Of a stretch of 64,000 nt of DNA, positions 1 through 9,519 are shown one piece after another; positions within the stretch are counted from its first letter, which is position 1; every line of letters starts with the position of its first letter. Location of the stretch: assembly GCA_045639965.1 (NCBI GenBank), contig JAZUEB010000081.1, forward strand, positions 6,013 to 70,012, written 5' to 3'. Under the pieces are notes generated by a model that saw nothing but the letters and a program-made list of their open reading frames with translations, did no database searches and was not told the DNA's origin. Made by a program: the position numbers and the translations under genes. Origin of the DNA: Vescimonas sp. (GTDB lineage Bacteria > Bacillota > Clostridia > Oscillospirales > Oscillospiraceae).

Positions 1-778
1 GCAGAACGGGATCGGGCGCGATGGCGGCGACGCTGTGGACAGTATGCCCCCATACGTCGTAGCAGTGGTGGGGGTTGTGCTGTTCCAATCCCACACAGGG
101 CAGGATCTCCGGCAGAAACACGCTGATGACATCAGGGTATTGCAGCAGAACTTCCGCGGCATTTTTGCCGCACAGCAGCTTGGTCATCTCCACGTAGAGC
201 CGCTCCACGGCGATCTGGGACAGCTCCTGCCGATGCTCCCGCAGACTTCTCGCCGTTTCCGCGTCAATGGAAAACCCTAATGTGGAAGAGAACCGCAGCG
301 CCCGCATCATGCGCAGGGCATCCTCATCAAAGCGGCGATCCGGGTCTCCCACACACCGCAGCATACCATCGTGCAGGTCCTGCTGTCCACCGTAAAAATC
401 GTACAGCCGCCCCTGCAAGTCCATCGCCATGGCGTTGACGGTGAAGTCCCGCCGTGCCAAATCTTCACGCAGACTGTCCGTAAACCGCACCGTATCGGGG
501 TGGCGGTGGTCGGCGTAATCGCCGTCGGCGCGGAACGTGGTGACCTCATAGCTTTCGCCGTCTATTTTGACCGTCACCGTGCCGTGCTGCAGACCGGTGG
601 GAATGGAATGGGGAAAAAGTGTCAATACTTCCTCTGGGCGGGCAGAGGTGGTGATATCCCAGTCCACGGGCGTTTTGCCCGGCAGCAGATCCCGGACGCA
701 GCCGCCTACGATGTAGGCTTCCTGTCCGTTTTGCGCCAATGTCTGCAAAATGCTTGTTACACCTGCGGGAAATGTCAT
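1..778 (-). CDS. cca: CCA tRNA nucleotidyltransferase (3' end runs off window)
   Basis: Manual translation from ATG at 778 gives MTFPAGVTSILQTLAQNGQEAYIVGGCVRDLL..DWDITTSA (class II nucleotidyltransferase motif). Absent from the ORF track, presumably because its stop lies outside the window. Confidence 0.9.
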   Translation of the reverse strand, partial: MTFPAGVTSILQTLAQNGQEAYIVGGCVRDLLPGKTPVDWDITTSARPEEVLTLFPHSIPTGLQHGTVTVKIDGESYEVTTFRADGDYADHRHPDTVRFTDSLREDLARRDFTVNAMAMDLQGRLYDFYGGQQDLHDGMLRCVGDPDRRFDEDALRMMRALRFSSTLGFSIDAETARSLREHRQELSQIAVERLYVEMTKLLCGKNAAEVLLQYPDVISVFLPEILPCVGLEQHNPHHCYDVWGHTVHSVAAIAPDPVL

Positions 779-820
779 CTCTTTGCCCCCTTTGACCGCA
801 AAAACACCGCATAATCGCGG

Positions 821-849
821 TTGCACTTTCGCCTTGCCTGTATTATAAT
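821..849 (+). promoter_or_regulatory. sigma-A promoter of murC
   Basis: TTGCAC-17 bp-TATAAT. Confidence 0.75.
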
Positions 850-894
850 AATATGTCAGAAAAATTGCAAGACACTCCCTTTGGAGGTAACGAT

Positions 895-2277
895 ATGAAA
901 AATAACGTGGAGATATCCACCTATTTCAAGCCCGGTGTCCGTGCCCATCTGGCGGGGATCGGCGGCGTCAGTATGTGTGCGCTGGCGGAGGTCCTGCAGG
1001 GGCAGGGCCTTATCGTGCAGGGCAGCGACATGACGGAAAGCGCCACCGTCAAACATCTGCGGGAGGTGGGAATCGACGTAGCTATCGGCCAAAGTGCCGA
1101 GAACCTGCACGACTGCGACCTGGTGATCCGCACCGCCGCCATTCACGACAGCAACCCGGAGATCGCCGGTGCTGTTGCCCGGGGCATTCCCGTCTATGAG
1201 CGGGCGCAGGCGTGGGGCGCCATCATGCGGGCGTACCAAAATGCCCTGTGTATCTCCGGCACCCACGGCAAGACCAGCACCACCTCCATGGCCACCCATA
1301 TCTTTCTGGCGGCGCAGAGGGATCCCACGGTGATGATCGGCGGTACCCTGCCGCTTCTGGGTAAGGGCTACCGTGTGGGTAAGGGCGATACCATCATTTT
1401 AGAGAGCTGCGAATACTGCAACTCCTTCCTCAATTTCTTCCCCACCGTGGCGGTGATTTTGAATGTCTGCGCCGACCATCTGGACTTCTTCAAGGATCTT
1501 GCCGACATCGAGCGCAGCTTCCGCGCCTTTGCCGAATTGACCCCCGAGAATGGTCACGTGGCAGCAAATCGGGACGATACCGGTGCGGTAGAAGCACTTC
1601 GGGATTTTCCCCGCAAGGTGTTCTGGTTCAGCGTCAAGGACGAAAATGCCGACTGCTATGCCGCCAATGTGTCGTTCTTCGACGGCTGCGGCGACTTTGA
1701 CGTGATGATCGGCGGCAAGCTCTATACCCACATCACGCTTCAAGTTCCCGGAGCGCATAATGTGTCCAACGCACTGGCGGCGGCGGCAAGTGCCTACCTG
1801 CTGGGCATTCCCGGCAGTGCCGTCACCGAGGGATTAAAGACCTTCGGCGGTGCATCCCGCCGCTTTGAGGTCAAGGGCGTTTTCCGCGGCGCCAAGGTCT
1901 ACGACGACTATGCCCACCATCCCGATGAGCTCCATGCCCTGCTGCAGGCGGCGCAGAGCGTCCCCCATGACCGACTGATCTGCGCCTTCCAGCCCCACAC
2001 CTATACCCGCACGGCAGCTCTCTTTGACGACTTTGTGCGGGAGCTGCAAACGCCGGATATTGCCGTTCTGGCGGAGATCTACGCCGCCCGGGAAAAGAAC
2101 GACATCGGCATCTCCTCCCGTGATCTGGCGGCAAAAATTCCCGGCAGCGTCTACTGCTCCAGTCTGGAGCAGGTCACCAACACTTTGGCGCAGATCGCCC
2201 GACCCGGCGACCTGATTTTGACCGTGGGCGCCGGCGACATCTACCGTGCCGGAGAAAAACTGTTAGAAAGAGAATAA
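895..2277 (+). CDS. murC: UDP-N-acetylmuramate--L-alanine ligase
   Basis: GIGGVSM, GTHGKTSTT P-loop, DDYAHHP and FQPHTYTRT motifs; GGAGG RBS before ATG 895. Confidence 0.95.
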   Translation: MKNNVEISTYFKPGVRAHLAGIGGVSMCALAEVLQGQGLIVQGSDMTESATVKHLREVGIDVAIGQSAENLHDCDLVIRTAAIHDSNPEIAGAVARGIPVYERAQAWGAIMRAYQNALCISGTHGKTSTTSMATHIFLAAQRDPTVMIGGTLPLLGKGYRVGKGDTIILESCEYCNSFLNFFPTVAVILNVCADHLDFFKDLADIERSFRAFAELTPENGHVAANRDDTGAVEALRDFPRKVFWFSVKDENADCYAANVSFFDGCGDFDVMIGGKLYTHITLQVPGAHNVSNALAAAASAYLLGIPGSAVTEGLKTFGGASRRFEVKGVFRGAKVYDDYAHHPDELHALLQAAQSVPHDRLICAFQPHTYTRTAALFDDFVRELQTPDIAVLAEIYAAREKNDIGISSRDLAAKIPGSVYCSSLEQVTNTLAQIARPGDLILTVGAGDIYRAGEKLLERE

Positions 2278-2281
2278 ACCG

Positions 2282-2815
2282 ATGAACATCTCCCAAATTT
2301 ACGATACCGCTCCCGCCGAGGAGCGCAGCGCGGTGGAAATGCACACCTATGAGATACTGGAAAAACTCCACATCCCCTTTACCCGTGTGGATCACGACCC
2401 TGCCGAGACCATGGCCGACTGCGTGGCGATCGGCGAAAAGCTGGGCGTTTCCATCTGCAAAAATCTGGTGCTGACCCCGCGAAATAAGAGCGCCTTTTAT
2501 CTCCTGTGTATGCCCGGTGACAAGCCATTTTCCACCAGGGATTTCTCCAAACAGATCGGCTGTAGCCGCTTGAGCTTTGCTTCCCCGGCGGATATGGCGG
2601 GGCTTCTTCGCGTGCAGCCCGGCTCGGCGTCCATTCTGGCACTGATGAACGACCATGACCATCTGGTGCAGCTGTGCGTGGAGCGCAGCGTGTGGGAGAG
2701 TGAGTGGTTCGGCTGCCACCCCTGCCGCAACACCTCCAGCCTGCGCATGAAAACCGCCGATTTGAAAACCGTGTTCCTGCCCTATACGGGTCACGAGGCG
2801 ATCGTGGTAGATTGA
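2282..2815 (+). CDS. YbaK/PrdX-type aminoacyl-tRNA deacylase (ProRS-associated domain)
   Basis: CKNLVL, RLSFAS, PGSASIL and CHPCRNTSSL motifs. Confidence 0.85.
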   Translation: MNISQIYDTAPAEERSAVEMHTYEILEKLHIPFTRVDHDPAETMADCVAIGEKLGVSICKNLVLTPRNKSAFYLLCMPGDKPFSTRDFSKQIGCSRLSFASPADMAGLLRVQPGSASILALMNDHDHLVQLCVERSVWESEWFGCHPCRNTSSLRMKTADLKTVFLPYTGHEAIVVD

Positions 2816-2822
2816 TAAGAAT

Positions 2823-2853
2823 AAAAAAGAACGCCCGTGCAGGCGTTCTTTTT
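2823..2853. terminator. bidirectional intrinsic terminator
   Basis: AAAAAAGAACGCC-cgtgca-GGCGTTCTTTTT between convergent genes. Confidence 0.8.
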
Positions 2854-2864
2854 GTATCAGTATT

Positions 2865-4592
2865 TTACGCCAGGGTCGCCACCCACTCGCCGTATTTGGC
2901 GAGGTTAGCATCCCGCTCCTCTGCGTCAGTCCCCTTGGTCAGGATGTACACCTTGATCTTGGGCTCGGTACCGCTGGGACGGACGATGATGCTGGTGCCG
3001 TCGATCAGCTCATAGCGCAGCACGTTGGAGCCGACAAGCTCCATCGTGGACTTCTTGCCGGTCTCCGCGTTGATAACGCTGCCGTCCTTGTAGTCCTTCC
3101 ATTGGGTCACCTTGACGCCGGAGATCTCCCGGGGCGGATTTTCCCGCAGCGTTTTCATCAGCTTCGCCATCCTCTGCAAGCCGTCCAGACCGGGCATCAC
3201 CAGATTGTGGGTCTTTTCGCCGTACCAGCCGTACTTTTCGGACAGCGCCAGAATGGCGTCGTACAGCGTCATGCCCTGCGCGGCATACCATGCCGCCATC
3301 TCCGTCAGCACCAGGGAGGCGGTAACAGCGTCCTTGTCCCGCACGTAGTCGCCCAGCATATAGCCGTAGCTCTCCTCGTAGGACATGATGACCGTGCCCT
3401 GCCCTGCGGCCTCCAGGGCGTTCTTCTTCTCCGCCATGAACTTGAAGCCGGTAAAGGTATCATAGCAGGTCACACCGTTTTGCTCGCAGACCCGCCGCGC
3501 CATCTCGGTGGTGACCAGACTCTTGAGGAACACGGGATCCTTCGGCATCTTACCGCTGCGCTTGAGAGCGCCGATGAGATAATCCGCCAGCAGCACGCCG
3601 GTCTGGTTGCCGGTAACGGGGATGAACCTGCCGCTCTTGTCGCGCACCATGATGCCGACCCGGTCGCTGTCGGGATCGGTACCCAGCAGGAAGTCCGCGC
3701 CCACCTTGTCGGCAAGTGCCTCCGCCAGATAAAAGCCCTCGGGGTTTTCCGGGTTGGGGGAGTCTACTGTGGGGAAGCTGCCGTCAATGACCATCTGCTC
3801 CTCCACAGGATACAGATGCTTGATGCCCAGCGCGGTCAGCGCCTCGGGTACCAGCTTGTGTCCGCAGCCGTGGAACGGCGTATAGACTACCTTGAACGTA
3901 TCCGCCACCTTGGCGACGGACTCCCGGTCGTTGATCATCTCCAGAACCTTCGCCATAAACTTCCGGTCGGTCTCCTCACCGATCACCTCCACCATGCCGG
4001 CCTTGACGGCGTCATCAAAAGCCATGCGCTTCACTCCGGTGAAGATGTCCACGGTCTCCAGCTCTTTGGCGATGGCGTCGGCGTGCTGGGGCGGCAGTTG
4101 TGCGCCGTCGGCCCAGTAGACCTTGTAGCCGTTGTACTCCTTGGGATTGTGGCTGGCGGTGACGTTAATGCCCGCCTGGCAGCCGTATTCCCGCACGGCG
4201 AAGCTCAGCTCCGGCGTGGGGCGCAGGCTCTCAAAAATGCGGACATAGATACCGTTGGCGGCGCAGACCTCGGCGGCGGCACGGGCGAACTCCATGGAGT
4301 GGTTGCGGCAGTCCATGCAGATGGCAACGCCCCGTTTTTTCGCTGCTTCGCCCTCTGCGCAGATGACGTTGGCAAAGCCCTGAGTCGCCCAGCGGATGAC
4401 GTAGACGTTCATCTGGTGCAGACCCATCTTCATGGTGCCCCGCAGACCGGCGGTGCCGAACTCCAGCGGTGCAAAGAACCGACCCTCGATCTCCTTTTCA
4501 TCGTTTGCGATGGCTTCCAGCTCTTTGACCTCCTCAGCGGTCAAAACGCCGCTTGTGAGCCACTTTTCATATTCCTGACGATAGTTAGTCAT
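2865..4592 (-). CDS. pgm: phosphoglucomutase/phosphomannomutase
   Basis: FGTAGLRG, TASHNP phosphoserine loop, DPDSDR metal loop, RPSGTEPKIK. Confidence 0.92.
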   Translation of the reverse strand: MTNYRQEYEKWLTSGVLTAEEVKELEAIANDEKEIEGRFFAPLEFGTAGLRGTMKMGLHQMNVYVIRWATQGFANVICAEGEAAKKRGVAICMDCRNHSMEFARAAAEVCAANGIYVRIFESLRPTPELSFAVREYGCQAGINVTASHNPKEYNGYKVYWADGAQLPPQHADAIAKELETVDIFTGVKRMAFDDAVKAGMVEVIGEETDRKFMAKVLEMINDRESVAKVADTFKVVYTPFHGCGHKLVPEALTALGIKHLYPVEEQMVIDGSFPTVDSPNPENPEGFYLAEALADKVGADFLLGTDPDSDRVGIMVRDKSGRFIPVTGNQTGVLLADYLIGALKRSGKMPKDPVFLKSLVTTEMARRVCEQNGVTCYDTFTGFKFMAEKKNALEAAGQGTVIMSYEESYGYMLGDYVRDKDAVTASLVLTEMAAWYAAQGMTLYDAILALSEKYGWYGEKTHNLVMPGLDGLQRMAKLMKTLRENPPREISGVKVTQWKDYKDGSVINAETGKKSTMELVGSNVLRYELIDGTSIIVRPSGTEPKIKVYILTKGTDAEERDANLAKYGEWVATLA

Positions 4593-4938
4593 GCTCCTCT
4601 TCCTCCTCTTCCATCGGTGGTGCATTCAAAATTGCCCGGGCCTCCTCTGCCATGGAGGCGGGCACATACAGGCTGACGCCGTAGCCGGAGAAGCCGTTGA
4701 TGACTTTGCCGGCAGCGCCCTCCTTGTCGTAGTACTTGAAGCAGGGAATGCCGCAGGACGCCAGAACGGAGATGGTCACGTCGGCGTTGGCGGGATTGTC
4801 CAACCCGCGGGTCAGCAAAACCGCCTTTTCCTTTTCTCCGTTTTCGTCTTTCGGCCAGGCGAGCTCCTCCCGGCGGAAATTCCAGCCGCTGTTTTTTCCC
4901 AGACCGAATACAAAATCGGTATACGGATTGTCGCTCAT
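4585..4938 (-). CDS. small hypothetical protein, DUF2007/PII-like putative signal transducer
   Basis: LASCGIP..GVSLYVPASMAEEARAIL pattern; overlaps pgm start. Confidence 0.6.
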   Translation of the reverse strand: MSDNPYTDFVFGLGKNSGWNFRREELAWPKDENGEKEKAVLLTRGLDNPANADVTISVLASCGIPCFKYYDKEGAAGKVINGFSGYGVSLYVPASMAEEARAILNAPPMEEEEEEHD

Positions 4939-4949
4939 GGAAACCCCTC

Positions 4950-5432
4950 CTATTTATGGTATCGCGTACCGTCTGCGATCTGGTACGCCCGATAGATCTG
5001 TTCTAACAGCATGATACGCGCCATGTGGTGCGGAAACGTCATGGGCGACATACTGAGGCGCCAGTCGGCGCTCTTTTTCAGCTCAGCGTCCAGTCCGAAG
5101 CTGCCGCCGATCAAAAACGTGACCTGTGTTTTCCCGGCCACGCCGAAGTCCAGCAGCCGCTTCGACAGCTCCTCACTGGAGCAGGTCTTTCCCTCTATGC
5201 ACAGGGCTACCACCGCACCGCCCTTTGGCAGCTTTTCCCGGATCAGCGCCGCTTCCGCAGCCAGAGCTTTTCGGATCTCGGCAGGGGAGGGATCGTCGCT
5301 GAGACGGGTCTCCGGCAGCTCTGCGATCTCCGCCTTGCAGTGCCGCTGCAAGCGCTTCAGGTACTCTGCGGCGGCGTCTGCGTAAAACTTTTCTTTCAGC
5401 TTTCCCACGCAGAGAATGTTCACTTTCTGCAC
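4950..5432 (-). CDS. rlmH: 23S rRNA pseudouridine-1915 N3-methyltransferase
   Basis: VGKLKEK, FLIGGSFGL, SPMTFPH and EQIYRA..YHK motifs; GTG start after GGAGG. Confidence 0.93.
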   Translation of the reverse strand: MQKVNILCVGKLKEKFYADAAAEYLKRLQRHCKAEIAELPETRLSDDPSPAEIRKALAAEAALIREKLPKGGAVVALCIEGKTCSSEELSKRLLDFGVAGKTQVTFLIGGSFGLDAELKKSADWRLSMSPMTFPHHMARIMLLEQIYRAYQIADGTRYHK

Positions 5433-6208
5433 ACCGCCACCTCCGTTTGATAGGCGCAGCTCAATTTTCCCCGAGGTGCCACGCATACCGCAGCACCAAA
5501 TGTCTCTACAGCAGAGCCGACAGTCTCCAATGCCCGCGCCGGCGTGTTGTTTTCCCGGCTCAAATGCGCCAGCACGAACTGTCTGGTGCCCTGCCGCGCC
5601 ATTTGCAGAGCAAATCGGGCGGCGGCCTCGTTGCTCAGGTGGCCGCGATCTCCCAGGATCCTCTGCTTCAAGGGATAGGGATACGGCCCGCTTTTCAGCC
5701 ATTCCACGTCGTGATTGCTCTCCAGTACCAATAGATCCACACCCGCCAGAGTCTCGGCGGCCTCGTCCGGCACATATCCCGTGTCGGTCAGCACGCCGAT
5801 GCTGCCGTTGTCGTCAAAACGATAATCCACGCTGTCGGCGGCATCGTGACTGGTGGGGAATACCGATACCTTCACGTTCTCCACGGCAAACACGTCACCG
5901 GGCCGGACCTCCCGCAAAAGCGGCTGGATACCGGCGATGCGGCAGGCGAGCTGCCGCCCGGTGGCAGCGGTCAGATAAACGGGAACTTGGTGTCGCCTCA
6001 CCAGGGTAGCAAGGCCGCAGATGTGGTCGCTGTGCTCATGGGTGATGAGAACGGCATCGACATCGTCCATGGTCAATCCCAATGCGGCAAGGGAGATGAC
6101 AATGCGCTTGCAGGAGATACCTGCGTCCAGAAGGATATGAGTTTGTCCGCCGGAGATCAGCAGGCAGTTGCCCTCTGATCCACTGGCTAAGGTATGTAAT
6201 GTCAACAC
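5420..6208 (-). CDS. MBL-fold metallo-hydrolase, YycJ/WalJ-like
   Basis: LASGSEGN, THEHSDH, LESNHD, GHLSN and HLSRENN motifs; start approximate. Confidence 0.85.
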   Translation of the reverse strand: MLTLHTLASGSEGNCLLISGGQTHILLDAGISCKRIVISLAALGLTMDDVDAVLITHEHSDHICGLATLVRRHQVPVYLTAATGRQLACRIAGIQPLLREVRPGDVFAVENVKVSVFPTSHDAADSVDYRFDDNGSIGVLTDTGYVPDEAAETLAGVDLLVLESNHDVEWLKSGPYPYPLKQRILGDRGHLSNEAAARFALQMARQGTRQFVLAHLSRENNTPARALETVGSAVETFGAAVCVAPRGKLSCAYQTEVAVCRK

Positions 6209-6229
6209 AATGTATGTCCTCATGATGGA

Positions 6230-6266
6230 AAAACAGCGTCCGTCAGGATCCGCCGGACGCTGTTTT
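6230..6266 (-). terminator. hairpin/terminator after murA
   Basis: AAAACAGCGTCCG...CGGACGCTGTTTT inverted repeat. Confidence 0.65.
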
Positions 6267-6276
6267 GTATGCAAAT

Positions 6277-7572
6277 TCAGCCGATATGCTGTTCTTCCAG
6301 CTCATCGGGGTCGTCTACCATACGGATATCGGCGCCCACCGCACGGAGCTTGCCCACGATGTCCTCATAGCCGCGCTCGATATACTGCACGTTGCTGATC
6401 TCCGTGGTGCCGTTCGCGGCCAGGGCGGCAATGACCATGGCGGCACCGGCACGCAGATCACAGGCCTGAATGGGTGCGCCGTCAAAATGATTGATGCCCT
6501 CAATAATAGCGACCTTGCCGTCCACCTGGATGTGGGCGCCCATGCGCTTGAGCTCGTCCACATACTTGAAACGACTGGACCACACGCTCTCCGTCACCAG
6601 GGAAGTTCCCTCTGCCAAAGCCAGCACCGTGGTGATCTGGGGCTGCATATCGGTGGGGAAGCCGGGATATGGCATGGTCTTGATGTTTGTTTTTTTCAGT
6701 TCGCCGCTGCGGCGTACCAGCAGGGTGTCGTCATTCTCCTCCACCTCAACGCCCATCTCCCTGAGCTTGGCGGAGATGCAGTCCATGTGCTTGGGAATGA
6801 TATTCTTAATCAGAAGCTGTCCGCCGGTGGCAGCCACCGCCGCCATATACGTACCTGCTTCGATCTGATCGGGAATAATGGTATAGCTGCCGCCGGAAAG
6901 CCGCTCCACCCCGCGGATCTTAATGGTGTCCGTACCGGCGCCCTTGACATCGGCGCCCATAGAGTTCAGGAAGTTGGCAAGGTCCACGATGTGGGGTTCC
7001 TTGGCGGCATTTTCAATCACGGTAACGCCCTCTGCCAGAACGGCAGCCATCATGATATTCATGGTGGCGCCCACAGAAACCACATCCAGATAAATGGTAT
7101 TTCCATGCAGGCGGTCACCCTTTCCCACGGCATGGATCGCACCGCCCTCCAGCGAGACCTCGGCGCCCATGGCGGTAAAACCCTTTACGTGCTGGTCGAT
7201 GGGGCGTACGCCGCCGAAGTTGCAGCCGCCGGGCAGCGCCACGGTAGCCTCACCGAAACGACCCAGCAAAGCGCCCACCAGATAGTAACTGGCGCGGATA
7301 CGGCGGGCCAGATCATAACTGGGACGGGTGGAGTGAATGGCGTGGCAGTCCAATTCAATGGCATGCCTGTTCAGCACTCTGACGTGAGCGCCCAGCTCGT
7401 CCAGAATGCTGAAGAACAGCGTCACGTCGCTGATCTGCGGTATATTTTCAATACGGCACACACCGTCCACCAGCAGTGCGGCAGGGAGGATCGCTACGGC
7501 GGCATTTTTTGCGCCGGAGATCGTCACCTCGCCGAACAGAGGACGATTGCCGTTTACCAAGTACTTGTTCAA
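6277..7572 (-). CDS. murA: UDP-N-acetylglucosamine 1-carboxyvinyltransferase
   Basis: SGAKNA, LPGGC(active Cys)..RPIDQH, SVGAT, PGFPTDMQ and DLRAG motifs; TTG start. Confidence 0.95.
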   Translation of the reverse strand: MNKYLVNGNRPLFGEVTISGAKNAAVAILPAALLVDGVCRIENIPQISDVTLFFSILDELGAHVRVLNRHAIELDCHAIHSTRPSYDLARRIRASYYLVGALLGRFGEATVALPGGCNFGGVRPIDQHVKGFTAMGAEVSLEGGAIHAVGKGDRLHGNTIYLDVVSVGATMNIMMAAVLAEGVTVIENAAKEPHIVDLANFLNSMGADVKGAGTDTIKIRGVERLSGGSYTIIPDQIEAGTYMAAVAATGGQLLIKNIIPKHMDCISAKLREMGVEVEENDDTLLVRRSGELKKTNIKTMPYPGFPTDMQPQITTVLALAEGTSLVTESVWSSRFKYVDELKRMGAHIQVDGKVAIIEGINHFDGAPIQACDLRAGAAMVIAALAANGTTEISNVQYIERGYEDIVGKLRAVGADIRMVDDPDELEEQHIG

Positions 7573-7740
7573 GTAGGCACCTCATTTCAAGAAGCTTCAC
7601 GCTGCAGCTATCTTGCCCGCAAAAGACAAACTCCATACACCAAATGTTGCAGGGAGCAATACACATCAATACAGGGTAAGTATACCATATTTTCCGGCAA
7701 ATGCAATATCTTCCATGAAAAATTTTTATGTAAACACAAA

Positions 7741-7771
7741 AATTGAGGCGGTCTGAAAGACCGCCTCAATT
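7741..7771 (-). terminator. terminator of hydrogenase operon
   Basis: AATTGAGGCGGTC-tgaaa-GACCGCCTCAATT followed by a T-run on the minus strand. Confidence 0.75.
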
Positions 7772-7782
7772 CGGTGAAAAAC

Positions 7783-9519
7783 TCAATGCACGTTGTGGAT
7801 ATCCCAGGACTCGTACTCGGTATGGAGCAGATGGTGGGACTTCTCACCCAGGGGCTTTTCCAGATACTCGGCGTACAGAGCCTGTACGTCGGGATTTTCA
7901 TGGGAAAAGCGCACCTTGGCGCCCTTGTCCAGACCCCACAGAATGTCGCCGCGGTACTGGGCCATCTCCACGCCGTCGTGAATGGGCTGACCGCCGCCGC
8001 CGGCGCAGCCGCCGGGACAGGCCATGACCTCCACGAAGTCGTAGCTGACCTCGCCGGCATCCACGGCGTTCATCAGCTTGCGGGTGTTGCCCAGACCGCT
8101 GACAACGGCCACGCGCACGTCACCGGCACCGGGTACGTTAAAGACGGCTTCCTTCCATCCGTCCATACCGCGCACCGCGGTAAAGGCGTCGGCGTCGGGG
8201 TTCTTGCCGGTGACCAGGAAGTAGGCGCTGCGCAGCGCCGCGTCCATCACGCCGCCGGTGGCGCCGAAGATCACGGCGGCACCGGTGCCGGTACCCAGGG
8301 GACTGTCAAATGGGGTCTCCGGCAGGTTGGCGGGATCCACCTGCTCACCGCGGAACAGACGCACCATCTCGCGGGTGGTCAGCACCACGTCCACGTCGGG
8401 ATCGCCGCAGGCGTCGTTCAGGTTGGGAATGGCGCGCTCTGCCTTCTTGGCGGTGCAGGGCATAATAGAGATCACGAAGATGTCGTGGGGATCCACGCCG
8501 ATCTTTTCCGCAAAATAGCTCTTCGCCACAGCGCCGAACATGGCCTGGGGACTCTTGGCGGTGGAGAGGTTTCTGGCGTACTTGGGGAACTGGCTTTTGA
8601 TGAACCGCACCCAGCCGGGGCAGCAGCTGGTGAACATGGGCCAGGTGTACTGGTCACGGTGGGTAAAGCGCTGGAGGAACTCGCTGCCCTCTTCCATGAT
8701 GGTCAGGTCGGCGGTGAAGTTGGTGTCGAACACGTAGTCGAAGCCCAGAGTCTTGAGGGCGGCCACCATGCGCTCCGGCGTGGCAAACTCGGGCTCCAGC
8801 CCGTAGTATTCCGCCCAGGCGCTGCGGACGGCGGGAGCCACCTGCACCACGGTGATCTTCTTGGGATCGGCAAGTGCATCGAAGACCTTGCCGGTGTCGT
8901 CCCGTTCCTGCAGGGCGCCCACGGGGCAGTGGGTCACACATTGCCCGCAGAACGTACAGTCGGATTCCAACAGACTGTGTGCCTTGCCCACGCCGATGGT
9001 GGTGCGGGAACCGGTGCCCATCAGATCCCAGATGTTCATTCCCTGAATCTTGTCGCAGACCTGGATGCAGCGCATACAGCGCACGCAGCGGTTTTCTACG
9101 CGGATCACGGGGTTGGAGTAGTCATCGGGGATGTTTTTCAGATCATGGGGATAGTGATCGCCCAGCAGGTTGTAATCGTTGGTCAGCTTCTGCAGCTTGC
9201 AGTTGCCGCTGCGGGTACATTGGGTGCAGCTCACGTCGTGCTGACTGAGCAGCAGACGCAGATTGACGCGCCGTGCCTCCCGGACCCGGGGAGAATTGGT
9301 GTACACCACCATGCCGTCGGCTACCACATTGTTGCAGGAGGGGATCAGACGATCCTGACCCTCCACCTCCACCATGCAGATGCGGCAGGCGCCGATCTCA
9401 TTGATATCCTTCAAAAAGCAAAGGGTGGGAATGTCGATGCCGACACTGCGGGCGGCGTCCAGAATGGTGGTACCCTCCGGTACGCAGACCGCTTTTTTAT
9501 CTATCGTCAGATTTACCAT
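7783..9519 (-). CDS. hydA: [FeFe]-hydrogenase group A catalytic subunit (M3-like, N-terminal Fe-S domains)
   Basis: H-cluster motifs TSCCPGW, MPCTAKKAE and EVMACPGGCAGGGGQP; N-terminal 2Fe-2S, His-ligated and 2x4Fe-4S Cys patterns. Confidence 0.93.
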   Translation of the reverse strand: MVNLTIDKKAVCVPEGTTILDAARSVGIDIPTLCFLKDINEIGACRICMVEVEGQDRLIPSCNNVVADGMVVYTNSPRVREARRVNLRLLLSQHDVSCTQCTRSGNCKLQKLTNDYNLLGDHYPHDLKNIPDDYSNPVIRVENRCVRCMRCIQVCDKIQGMNIWDLMGTGSRTTIGVGKAHSLLESDCTFCGQCVTHCPVGALQERDDTGKVFDALADPKKITVVQVAPAVRSAWAEYYGLEPEFATPERMVAALKTLGFDYVFDTNFTADLTIMEEGSEFLQRFTHRDQYTWPMFTSCCPGWVRFIKSQFPKYARNLSTAKSPQAMFGAVAKSYFAEKIGVDPHDIFVISIMPCTAKKAERAIPNLNDACGDPDVDVVLTTREMVRLFRGEQVDPANLPETPFDSPLGTGTGAAVIFGATGGVMDAALRSAYFLVTGKNPDADAFTAVRGMDGWKEAVFNVPGAGDVRVAVVSGLGNTRKLMNAVDAGEVSYDFVEVMACPGGCAGGGGQPIHDGVEMAQYRGDILWGLDKGAKVRFSHENPDVQALYAEYLEKPLGEKSHHLLHTEYESWDIHNVH